A stretch of DNA of 17,086 nucleotides from Deinococcaceae bacterium (lineage in GTDB: Bacteria > Deinococcota > Deinococci > Deinococcales > Trueperaceae), in the NCBI GenBank assembly GCA_040256005.1, contig JBDZWC010000063.1:1-17086 (forward strand). Reading direction: 5' to 3'. The notes beneath the pieces were generated by a model, which saw only the letters and a program-made list of their open reading frames with translations, was not told the origin of the DNA and did no database searches. Position numbers and translations under genes: made by a program. Position 1 is the stretch's first letter, and the number at the start of each line of letters is the position of its first letter. This document shows positions 1 to 9,477 of the stretch, in pieces.

Positions 1-262
1 AGCTCGAAGTGGCCGCGAGTGTGAGCGCTGCGCATGACGTGCATGTCCAGGTCGAGTGCATCCTCGATGGCCGGTGGCAACGCCAGCACCGCCTCGCGGT
101 CACCCTTCAGCAGCGCCATCGCGATGTCCGACCGGCGCCTGCCCTCACCGAACGACACGCGCACGCCCTTGGGCAGCGCCTGCTTGAGGACCTGCGCCTG
201 TACCTGCAGGGCCCGCCTCTCGGGGGGCAGGCTCCCTCGTAGCTCGCCTGCGCCGTGGTCCA

Positions 263-263
<1 letters not shown>
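1..263 (-). CDS. Hypothetical protein, N-terminal part (runs off the left edge); probably translationally coupled to proS
   Basis: Not in the ORF track. ATG at 263-261 overlaps the proS TGA (TGATG). The frame is open to the window edge: MDHGAGELRGSLPPERRALQVQAQVLKQALPKGVRVSFGEGRRRSDIAMALLKGDREAVLALPPAIEDALDLDMHVMRSAHTRGHFE. Confidence 0.65.
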
Positions 264-1822
<1,559 letters not shown>

Positions 1823-3475
1823 TCACGTGACGAGCACGGGCAGCCGGGTGTGGGTCACCACGCGGTCCACGAGCGAACCGGTCAGCTCCTCCAGCCAGCG
1901 GTTGTACTTGTAGCTGCCCATGAGGATCAGGTCGGCACCCACCCGCTCGGACACCTCCAGGATCGCCGCGTCGACGGCGCCCCTCTCGGCATGGAGGTCG
2001 GCCTCCACACCGAACTGCCCGAGGTACGCCCCGGCGCGCTCCAGCAGCGGCTCGGCGGGGCGGCCCAGCTCGGCGACGCTGACCACGACGGGCCTGGAGC
2101 CGAGCGTGACGGCGAGGTAGGCGGCGGCGAACAGCGCCAGGTCGGCTCGAGCGCGGCCGTCGTAGGCGACCAGGGGGCGCTGGTACCCGACGGGCGCGTC
2201 CCGCACCACCAGTAACGGGCGGGGGCAGCGGCGCAGCAGTGACCGGAGCCACCCTTCCATCCTCTCGCCGGGCTCAGGCCCCGCCACGACGACGAGGTTC
2301 ACGTATGCCGCCCTGGCCAGTATCGCCTGGATGGGCTCGCGCTCGACGACGGCCAACTGCGCCTCCACGCCCGCGGCCTGAGCGCGCCTGGCGAACTCCT
2401 CGCGCTCCCGTGCGGCGGCCTCTCCCGAGGCCGGCAGGCCCAGCCGCAGGGCGAGCAGGTTGGCGTTCTCCACGGCGGCCACCTCGAGCGCGGCGGTCAG
2501 TGTCCGCTCCGGCTGGGCGCCCGACATGACCACGAGCACCCCGTCTATCAGGTTCTCGACCGCTCGCTTCTGGGCCTCGTCACCCCCGATGGACTGCATG
2601 AGGCGCCGCTCCTGCTCCTCGAGCCCGAAAGCGGGGCTCAAGCCCACGGCCAGTTGCGGGCCCTCCAGGCTCCAGCCGAGCTCGCGTTCCAACCTGCCAC
2701 GGTGCTCGGAGAGGAAGAGGTAGAGGTCGGTCACGGTCCGGTTCGGGAACCGCGCCAGCAGACCGTGCTCCTCGATCTCCCTGGCCACGGGTAGGTAGAC
2801 GGTGTCGTACCAGTGCGCCACCGCCTCCTCCCAGCCCACGGGGCGGTCCTCGTCGATACCCATGTAGTACTGGTGCACCCGGATGTGCTCGAGCAGCGAG
2901 ACGTACCTGAGCGACGCGGTCAGGCGCAGGTCGGCCTCCGGCCTCAACCGGTCGATGCCGGTCTCTTCCAGGAACGAGGCGTAATCGCCGGCCAGGGTCA
3001 GCTCGTCGGGACCGACGTCCGGCCCCAACGGGACGCGCGTATGCACCGGCGTGACGTAGGCGTTGATGGTCTTGGCGCCCAGCTGCCGCGCCACGGACAC
3101 CCTGTGGTTGCCGTCCTTGACGAAGTAGGCGTCGCCCACGCGGTAGAGCTCCACCGGCGGCACGCCCTCGAGCCCCGTCATGGCCATGCGCACCCCGACC
3201 CAGCGGCCCTTGTCCTCGTCGAACAGGGGCAGGAACTCGCGAGTGAAGTCCTGGTAGCGCCCCACCGAGCCGACGATGGCGTCCAGTGGCACGTCCTGAA
3301 GCGTGACCTCGTGCCCCTCCACCGCACGCAGCCGGCGCCTCACCTCCTCGTACGGCAGGAGCCGGTCCGAGTCGGTGCCCAGCAGGCGGGCGAACACCGA
3401 TCGCAACGCCGCCCGTCGTCGGGCGCGCTGGAAGTCCATCCCGGCCGAGACGCGTGTGGCACCACCTTCGGGCAT
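1823..3475 (-). CDS. Fusion protein: ParB/Srx-like domain + DUF4032-like domain + two C-terminal universal stress protein (USP) domains
   Basis: IVGSVGRYQDF, PPVELYRVGDAYFVKDGNHRVSVA (ParB/Srx-like), LLEHIRVHQYYM...WYDTVYLPV (DUF4032-like), PLVAYDG and ILMGSY...GSLVDRVV...PVLV (USP). Start placed at ATG 3475 because TGG-CAGAAT lies 7 nt upstream; 3484 and 3439 are alternatives. Confidence 0.85.
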   Translation of the reverse strand: MPEGGATRVSAGMDFQRARRRAALRSVFARLLGTDSDRLLPYEEVRRRLRAVEGHEVTLQDVPLDAIVGSVGRYQDFTREFLPLFDEDKGRWVGVRMAMTGLEGVPPVELYRVGDAYFVKDGNHRVSVARQLGAKTINAYVTPVHTRVPLGPDVGPDELTLAGDYASFLEETGIDRLRPEADLRLTASLRYVSLLEHIRVHQYYMGIDEDRPVGWEEAVAHWYDTVYLPVAREIEEHGLLARFPNRTVTDLYLFLSEHRGRLERELGWSLEGPQLAVGLSPAFGLEEQERRLMQSIGGDEAQKRAVENLIDGVLVVMSGAQPERTLTAALEVAAVENANLLALRLGLPASGEAAAREREEFARRAQAAGVEAQLAVVEREPIQAILARAAYVNLVVVAGPEPGERMEGWLRSLLRRCPRPLLVVRDAPVGYQRPLVAYDGRARADLALFAAAYLAVTLGSRPVVVSVAELGRPAEPLLERAGAYLGQFGVEADLHAERGAVDAAILEVSERVGADLILMGSYKYNRWLEELTGSLVDRVVTHTRLPVLVT

Positions 3476-3627
3476 ACCGGGCATTCTGCCACCCCGGTCC
3501 CGGCAGGGTCGTCCGGCCCGGGAGACGAGGCACCGCTGCCATGTCGGCCCTGGACCAGCGCCCCCGTCGGGCAGGGGTTAGCTTGCCCTCACGAGCCCGG
3601 CCCTGAGGCCGGCGCTCCTGGAGGACG

Positions 3628-4335
3628 ATGAAGGTAGAGATCTTCTCCGATATCGCCTGCCCCTGGTGCTACATCGGCAAGACGCGCTTCGAGCGGGCCC
3701 TCTCGAACTACGAACACGCCGACGCCGTCGAGGTGGTATGGCGCTCGTTCCAGCTCGATCCCCACGCCCCGACGCGTGACCCGGGAACGAGCGTGGATCA
3801 CCTGGCGCACAAGTACGGGGTCTCCAGGGAGCGAGCCCTGGCGATGATGGACACCGCGACGCGGGTAGCGGCCGAGGAGGGTCTCGAGTTCCACCTGGCC
3901 AGGGCGCTCACGGCGAACACCTTCGACGCTCACCGGGTCGCCCACATCGCGGCCGCGCGCGGCAAGGCACGTGAGGTCATCGCGCGGCTCATGCGGGCGT
4001 ACCAGTCGGAGGGCGCCAACGTGGCCGACCGCGGCACGCTCGTCGCTCTGGCCGCCGAGGCGGGCCTCGACGAGACCGAGGTGCGTGAGGCCCTGGCGTC
4101 CGGCGCGTACGCCGACGCGGTCGAGGCCGACCTCGACAGGGCCGCTGCCTACGGCGTCACGGGCGTACCCTTCTTCGTGTTCGACGAGACGCATGGGGCG
4201 TCGGGGGCGCAGCCGGCCGAGTTCTTCCTGGCCGCCCTGAGGCAGCTGGGACCGCAGGTCGACCAGATCGACTCCCCCGGCGAAAGCGAGCCGAGCGAAC
4301 ACGGGGACGAAGGGCGTGGGGCCGCCACCGGCTGA
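3628..4335 (+). CDS. DsbA-family oxidoreductase / disulfide isomerase, FrnE-like (cytoplasmic)
   Basis: FSDIACPWCYIGK active site, WRSFQLDP, NTFDAHR, GVTGVPFFVF (cis-Pro loop), SGAQP. GGAGGA at 3620-3625, close to the ATG. No signal peptide. Confidence 0.92.
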   Translation: MKVEIFSDIACPWCYIGKTRFERALSNYEHADAVEVVWRSFQLDPHAPTRDPGTSVDHLAHKYGVSRERALAMMDTATRVAAEEGLEFHLARALTANTFDAHRVAHIAAARGKAREVIARLMRAYQSEGANVADRGTLVALAAEAGLDETEVREALASGAYADAVEADLDRAAAYGVTGVPFFVFDETHGASGAQPAEFFLAALRQLGPQVDQIDSPGESEPSEHGDEGRGAATG

Positions 4336-4364
4336 AGCGGTCGACGGAACCGTGGTTTCGCTGC

Positions 4365-4373
4365 TGCTATACT
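4365..4373 (+). promoter_or_regulatory. Extended -10 promoter of the metG leader
   Basis: TGC-TATACT at 4365-4373, a near-consensus extended -10 in a roughly 70% GC background. Predicted TSS about 4380-4382. Confidence 0.75.
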
Positions 4374-4381
4374 CTCGCGAG

Positions 4382-4423
4382 ATGGCGCGCCGCATGATGC
4401 ATCAGGGCCCTGTGTCGGGCTGA
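4382..4423 (+). CDS. Putative metG leader peptide MARRMMHQGPVSG (tandem Met codons)
   Basis: ATG GCG CGC CGC ATG ATG CAT CAG GGC CCT GTG TCG GGC TGA. The ATG is 8 nt after the -10 hexamer, the same geometry as proS. It lies upstream of a methionyl-tRNA synthetase gene. Confidence 0.6.
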   Translation: MARRMMHQGPVSG

Positions 4424-4457
4424 GCAGAGGCTCAGCACCCGCCGGGGCGCCGTGCAT
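4397..4457 (+). promoter_or_regulatory. Putative antiterminator hairpin of the metG leader
   Basis: Core GCTGAGC-agag-GCTCAGC (4419-4436). It extends imperfectly via 4407-4418 pairing with 4439-4448 and ATGCAT 4397-4402 pairing with GTGCAT 4452-4457, capturing the 5' arm of the next hairpin. Confidence 0.5.
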
Positions 4458-4479
4458 ACAGCCGGCGCCCTTGTCGTTT
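4444..4479 (+). terminator. Putative attenuator terminator upstream of metG
   Basis: GGGCGCCG (4445-4452) pairs perfectly with CGGCGCCC (4463-4470), followed by TTGTCGTTT (4471-4479). Confidence 0.55.
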
Positions 4480-4533
4480 GCCTAGGGACCAACCTGCATC
4501 AGACGAGTAGACGGCGCCTGGAGGAGCCAGCCG

Positions 4534-6582
4534 ATGAGCGATGGCACGCCCCGGAACCGCATCGTGCTCGATGAGCCGGAGGAGACCGTAGAGCCCGGTC
4601 CGCCCGTCGATCGGGGCCAGGAACCGCAGACCAGGGCGGAGCCGGCGCCCGAGCCGCAGCTCCAGGACAGAGACGCGTACTACGCGACGACGCCGATCTT
4701 CTACGTCAACGCCGAGCCTCATCTGGGTCACGCGTACACGACCTTGTTGGTGGACGTCGTCACGCGCTTCCACCGCCTCAAGGGCGACGACACGTTCTTC
4801 CTGACGGGCACCGACGAGCACGGCGAGAAGGTCCAGAAGGCCGCGGCCGCGGCGGGCAAGACGCCGGAGGAGTACGTCGACGACGTCTCCTCGCAGTTCC
4901 GCAACACGTGGGACCGGATGGGCGTGCGTTACGACGGCTTCATCCGCACCACCGACGCTCACCACAAGGAAGTGGTGCTGGAGGTACTGCAGAAGGTCTA
5001 CGACGCCGGCGACATCGTCTTCGGCGAGTACTCGGGCCTCTACTGCGTGAGGTGCGAACGGTACTACACGGAGAAGGAGCTCGTGGACGGCAAGTGCCCT
5101 CAACACGAGATCGAGCCCGAGTACCGCACTGAGGCGAACTACTTCTTCACGATGGAGAAGTACCGGGAATGGTGGCGCGAGACCCTCACAGCGAACCCCG
5201 ACCTGATCCGGCCCGAGCGCTACCGCAACGAGGTCTTGGCCATGCTGCGGGAGCCCATCGGCGATCTCTCGATCAGCCGCCCCAGGGACCGCGTGCCGTG
5301 GGGCATACCCCTGCCCTGGGACGACGGGCACGTCGCGTACGTGTGGTTCGACGCGCTCATCAACTACTACTCGGCGCTGGTAGCCCGCGGGACCGTCGAG
5401 CGCTACTGGCCGCACGTGAACCACTTCATCGGCAAGGACATCCTCAAGCCGCACGGGCTCTTCTGGCCGATCATGCTGAAGGCCGCCGGCATCCCGCTCT
5501 ACCAGCATCTCAACGTCCACGGGTACTGGTTGGTGGACGAGCGGAAGATGAGCAAGTCGCTCGGCAACGTGATCAGGCCGCTCGACATGGTGAGGCGCTA
5601 CGGCAACGACGCCTTCCGCTACTTCCTGTTGCGGGACATGACGTTCGGGCTCGACGCCAGCTTCTCCGAGACCGCCATAGCCGAGCGCGTGAACTCGGAC
5701 CTGGCCAACGACCTGGGCAACCTCCTCAACCGCACCCTGGGCATGCTGCAGCGCTACCGGGACGGCGTGGTGCCGGCCGCGGGAGCGATGGAGCCCGAGG
5801 ACGTGGAGCTGAGGAAGGCGTTCACCGACCTGCCGGCCAAGATGACGCGCTACTTCGAGGAGCTGCAGTTCGAGCGGGCGATCGAAGCGGTCATGGAGGC
5901 CGTGCGCAAGGCGAACAAGTACATCACCGACGTCAAGCCATGGGAGCTGGCGCGCGACCAGGCGAGCTCCGAGCGCCTCGATACCGTGCTCAACACTCTG
6001 CTCGAAGCTCTGCGTTGCGCCAGCATCCTGCTCGACCCGGTGATCCCGGCCAAAGCGCACGAGCTTCGGAAGCAGCTGGGCATCCGCAACGCGCCCTTCG
6101 ACCTGTCGAACGCCTCGCAATGGGCGCTCATCCCTGCCGGCACCCGCACCGCGCCGGGCGAGCCGCTGTTCCCGAAGATCGACCTCGATGCCCTCACCAA
6201 GGAGATCGAGGAGTCACACGCCGAGCCGGAGGCGCCCGCGGCGCTCGAGCACAAGGACGAGGTCACGATCGACGACTTCGGCCGCCTGGAGTTCCGCGTC
6301 GTGACCGTAGAGAAGGCCGAGGACCATCCCAACGCGGACAAGCTCCTGGTGCTGACGGTGCGCATGGGACCCGAGACCAGGACCGTCGTCTCCGGCATCA
6401 AAGCGCACTACTCCGCCGACCAGCTCGTGGGGAAGCGACTCGTGCTGGTCACGAACCTCAAGCCGGTGACCCTACGCGGCGTCGAGAGCCAGGGGATGAT
6501 CCTGGCCGCCGAGAACGACGAGGGCGTCCTCAGCCTCGTGACCCTCGACCGTGACCTGGCCGACGGCAGCGAGGTGCGCTGA
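4534..6582 (+). CDS. metG: Methionine--tRNA ligase with C-terminal tRNA-binding (Trbp111-like) domain
   Basis: TTPIFYVNAEPHLGH, LTGTDEHG, Zn knuckle CVRC...CPQH, YVWFDAL, IGKDI, KMSKSLGN, C-terminal HPNADKLL...NLKP..LRGVESQGMILAA. RBS GGAGGAG at 4520-4526. Confidence 0.98.
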   Translation: MSDGTPRNRIVLDEPEETVEPGPPVDRGQEPQTRAEPAPEPQLQDRDAYYATTPIFYVNAEPHLGHAYTTLLVDVVTRFHRLKGDDTFFLTGTDEHGEKVQKAAAAAGKTPEEYVDDVSSQFRNTWDRMGVRYDGFIRTTDAHHKEVVLEVLQKVYDAGDIVFGEYSGLYCVRCERYYTEKELVDGKCPQHEIEPEYRTEANYFFTMEKYREWWRETLTANPDLIRPERYRNEVLAMLREPIGDLSISRPRDRVPWGIPLPWDDGHVAYVWFDALINYYSALVARGTVERYWPHVNHFIGKDILKPHGLFWPIMLKAAGIPLYQHLNVHGYWLVDERKMSKSLGNVIRPLDMVRRYGNDAFRYFLLRDMTFGLDASFSETAIAERVNSDLANDLGNLLNRTLGMLQRYRDGVVPAAGAMEPEDVELRKAFTDLPAKMTRYFEELQFERAIEAVMEAVRKANKYITDVKPWELARDQASSERLDTVLNTLLEALRCASILLDPVIPAKAHELRKQLGIRNAPFDLSNASQWALIPAGTRTAPGEPLFPKIDLDALTKEIEESHAEPEAPAALEHKDEVTIDDFGRLEFRVVTVEKAEDHPNADKLLVLTVRMGPETRTVVSGIKAHYSADQLVGKRLVLVTNLKPVTLRGVESQGMILAAENDEGVLSLVTLDRDLADGSEVR

Positions 6583-6616
6583 AGCAGGGTTCTCACGTGC
6601 GCCAAGCGTATGGCGT

Positions 6617-6658
6617 GGCTGCTGGTGTCGCTTGGTACGGCGCCAGCAGCCTTCGTCT
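6617..6658 (+). terminator. Terminator hairpin downstream of metG (between convergent genes)
   Basis: 14-bp stem GGCTGCTGGTGTCG / CGGCGCCAGCAGCC with two G-U pairs on the + strand, a 7-nt loop and the tail TTCGTCT. Confidence 0.7.
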
Positions 6659-6664
6659 GCTCCT

Positions 6665-9322
6665 TCAGTTCAGCCGCGTCGTCCAGTAGGTGCAGCGGCC
6701 CGTCCAGACAGTGAGGCTCTTGCTCCTGGCCGGGTCCGGAGCGTTGACTTTCACCTCGACGCGGCAGTCCGAGGTGGCCTCCAGGGCGTTGTTGCCCGCC
6801 GCGAAGAGCAGGAACTCGCCCGTGGTGTCGCCGCTCAAGCTCCGGATCGTCAGGTCCGGGAAGCCGACCTCGGAGACGATCAGCTTCCAATCGAAGGTCA
6901 GCGCCTCCGACGTCGGGTTGGCGACCGTGACGGCCGCGCTGTAGCGCAGGGTATCGGGCGCCCCGAAGAGGTTGCAGGCCTCGTCGCGTAGGTCGATCGT
7001 GGCGCCAAGGCCCACCTGAACGGACCCGCAGCCTACCGGCGAACCGTTGAAGACCAGGAGGTCCTGACCGTAGACGCCGAACGTCTCGAACTGTGGATAC
7101 GGGTTGGCGCTGGCGGGCTCGACCGTGATCGTGGCCGTGTCCGAGCCTGCGCTGCCCTCGGTGTCGGTAGTGCGCGACGTCACGCTTCTGGGGCCCTCGG
7201 CGCCGAACGTGACCTGGACCTGGCAGCCGCTGCCGGTGACGACGTCCGGGGCCGCCACGGTCCACGTCATGTTGGCGCACAGCAGCGTGTTCCCGGATTC
7301 GTTGAGGTCGCTGGCCAGCGCCGTCAGCGGGTAGGGGAAGCCGATGTAGGCGTTGCCGGCGGGCTGTAGGTCGACGACCGGGGCGGAGTTGACGACGTCG
7401 AGGCCGAAAGAGATCGCAGCGCTCCGGCCGGAGTGACTGGCCGTGACGGTCAGGGAGTGCAGGCCCGGCGTCGTGAACGTGAGCGGCAGGTTCGGCCCGC
7501 CGAACGCACCGAACTTGATCGTGTAGGGGCCGTCGTAGACCGTCCCGGACAGGTTGGAGACGACCCTCAGGTTGACGCTGCTGGCGACGGAGTGCGTGAC
7601 GGTGAAGAACTGCCCGAGGTTGACGCTCACCCGCAGGTCGGCACGCCTGGGCACGGGGGCGGCGTTGAGTGCGATCGCCGGCGCCTCGGTGCTGCCGGGG
7701 TTGGCCTGCTCCTGGGTCCATGCGGTGCTCCGCCTGACGTCGAACTCGAGCACGTGCATGGAGTCGAAGATCTGCTCCACGTAGTCTGCGGGTATGTAGT
7801 AGTAGCCCCCGTCGCCGGCGCCACAGCCCCACGAGTTCTTGACGACGAAGTAGCCGCCTCCACCGACGTTCACCGGGAACTGCGGCGTGGAGAGCACGGC
7901 GTTGCTGAGGAACCCGACGATCTGCACGACGTGACCGCCGCACTTCTTCGTCGCGCCGCCGGCGCCGTCGCTGCACTCCTCGGCGTAGTCGGAGACGACC
8001 CCGTTCACGGCCCCGTTGAAGCCCTTGTAGACGGGGAACGAGGCGATGATCACGTGCCCTTGCGCCATGTACTGTCGATACCGGTTGAGGTCGAACGACT
8101 GGCCGGACGACCAGATCTGTCGTGAGTTGCTGGCGAGTACGCCGGCTCCCGTGTAAGTCATCGTCGAGAACCCGCAGAACATGACGGGGACGCCGTTGAG
8201 GGCGAAGGTCGTGCAGAAGCGCGGGCTCTGGTGCGCCGTCTCGGAACAGTTCCCCAGGTAGTTGGTGCAGGTGCCGACGTAGTCGGCGGCCGTGCCATCG
8301 GTGCTGCTGGCCTTCCCCGTGGCAGGGTTGTAGAGCCAGAACGTCTCGTCGGGCAGCCGTTGGTTCGCCGCCACGGCCCGCGACAGCGCCAACGGTGCGC
8401 TGTGGCTCTCGTTGTAGTCGTTGCGGTCCCAGACGAACTTCGCCTGGTTCACGTAGAACTGTTCGGAAAGGTCGACCGGGTTGCCGTTCTGAACGCGCTC
8501 GCGGCTCTCGATGGCTCCTATGGAAGCCATGGCCCAGCAGTCGTAGCGGCCAGCCTGGTTCTTGACCGGCGAGAGGAAGTTGCGGAGCGGGAACCAGAAG
8601 TTGGCGACGTAGCCGGAGGGAAGCGCACAGGGCGTGTCGTGGTCCGTACCGGGTACCGCTTGGGACGGGCCGATGGTCTCCTGCCAGAAGGAGGCCGGGT
8701 CGTAGCGCACCCGGTCGAGGTCCTCCACCGTCGCCAACAGGTCGTCGAGGGTCGCCAGTGCGGCCTGGATCTCGTCCACCGTCGCCCCCGCGAGTTCCTC
8801 GGGCGGCGTGGCCTGGGTCCTGAGCTCCTCGGGGAGCAGGTCGTAGCTCATCCGGTAGTCCGCGAGCGCGTTGTCGGCGTCGTTGGCTAGCTGCTCGGTG
8901 AGCACGGCCTGGCTGACGCGGTCCCCTATGCCAAGGAGCGTGACCTCGGTATCGCCCACCTCGATCGTCCCGCCGGGCTCGAAGGCGGTCAGGCCCTCGG
9001 CCGCCTCGAGCAACGCCTGCTGCGCCGGGCTCGGGTCCGGGATGTCCTTCAGTTGCTCGAGGTCGGCGACGAACGCCTCGTCGCGGGCCGCCGCTTGGTC
9101 CGCCTCATCGGTGACGAGAGTGATGACCAGCTCGCCCTCTTTGACGCGGCGGTAGAACTCTTCCGCGCTCAGCATCTGAGCGTCGCCGGGGGCCTCGCCT
9201 TCCCAGGCGGAGTCCGGTGTGAAGACGTCGCCGAAGTTCGGCTGCGGACTGCAGCCGATGACGAGCAGGACCAAGACGAGAACCGCAACCGACAGCCGAA
9301 CAGCACGCCAGCCACTCCGCAT
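6665..9322 (-). CDS. Papain-family (C1A) cysteine peptidase lipoprotein with acidic N-terminal region and C-terminal Ig/PKD-like beta domains
   Basis: Signal peptide MRSGWRAVRLSVAVLVLVLLVIG-C (lipobox). Catalytic motifs PVKNQAGRYDCWAMA (Gln, Cys), DLSEQ, GGHVVQIVG (His) and VVKNSWG (Asn). The tail is Thr/Val/Ser-rich. Start moved from 9361 to ATG 9322 because of an upstream GGAG and a promoter at 9352-9380. Confidence 0.88.
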   Translation of the reverse strand: MRSGWRAVRLSVAVLVLVLLVIGCSPQPNFGDVFTPDSAWEGEAPGDAQMLSAEEFYRRVKEGELVITLVTDEADQAAARDEAFVADLEQLKDIPDPSPAQQALLEAAEGLTAFEPGGTIEVGDTEVTLLGIGDRVSQAVLTEQLANDADNALADYRMSYDLLPEELRTQATPPEELAGATVDEIQAALATLDDLLATVEDLDRVRYDPASFWQETIGPSQAVPGTDHDTPCALPSGYVANFWFPLRNFLSPVKNQAGRYDCWAMASIGAIESRERVQNGNPVDLSEQFYVNQAKFVWDRNDYNESHSAPLALSRAVAANQRLPDETFWLYNPATGKASSTDGTAADYVGTCTNYLGNCSETAHQSPRFCTTFALNGVPVMFCGFSTMTYTGAGVLASNSRQIWSSGQSFDLNRYRQYMAQGHVIIASFPVYKGFNGAVNGVVSDYAEECSDGAGGATKKCGGHVVQIVGFLSNAVLSTPQFPVNVGGGGYFVVKNSWGCGAGDGGYYYIPADYVEQIFDSMHVLEFDVRRSTAWTQEQANPGSTEAPAIALNAAPVPRRADLRVSVNLGQFFTVTHSVASSVNLRVVSNLSGTVYDGPYTIKFGAFGGPNLPLTFTTPGLHSLTVTASHSGRSAAISFGLDVVNSAPVVDLQPAGNAYIGFPYPLTALASDLNESGNTLLCANMTWTVAAPDVVTGSGCQVQVTFGAEGPRSVTSRTTDTEGSAGSDTATITVEPASANPYPQFETFGVYGQDLLVFNGSPVGCGSVQVGLGATIDLRDEACNLFGAPDTLRYSAAVTVANPTSEALTFDWKLIVSEVGFPDLTIRSLSGDTTGEFLLFAAGNNALEATSDCRVEVKVNAPDPARSKSLTVWTGRCTYWTTRLN

Positions 9323-9351
9323 GACCCGTCTCCACTTCCGACTTGGCGCGG

Positions 9352-9383
9352 AATGTAGCACTTCGGCCGACTAGTTTCACTAG
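9352..9383 (-). promoter_or_regulatory. Promoter of the C1 peptidase gene with an inverted repeat over the -35
   Basis: Minus strand GTGAAA (9380-9375), 17 nt, TACATT (9357-9352) with extended TG. Inverted repeat CTAGT-ttc-ACTAG at 9371-9383. Confidence 0.55.
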
Positions 9384-9477
9384 GCGAACGGGCCGTATCC
9401 GCCGGGGCTATCCCGGCGTCGTCCGGGATCAGGGCGCTCACGCGCGCGGCCACTTGATCCGGCCTGGCCGACCGCCC

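Noticed and set aside
4336..4533. T-box or SAM riboswitch upstream of metG
   Set aside because: No GGTGGTACCGCG-like T-box sequence and no recognisable SAM-I core by eye. An Rfam scan would be needed to exclude divergent forms.
4432..6120. 562-aa minus-strand ORF
   Set aside because: Antisense shadow of metG, expected from GC-rich codon bias; no recognisable motifs.
6408..7976. 522-aa Arg-rich minus-strand ORF
   Set aside because: Alternative frame of the protease gene with low-complexity Arg/Gly/Pro composition.
9390..9477. GC-rich hairpins downstream of the ArsR gene as a terminator or sRNA
   Set aside because: Short stems (e.g. GCCGGG/CCCGGC) without a U-tract, not distinguishable from chance at this GC content.
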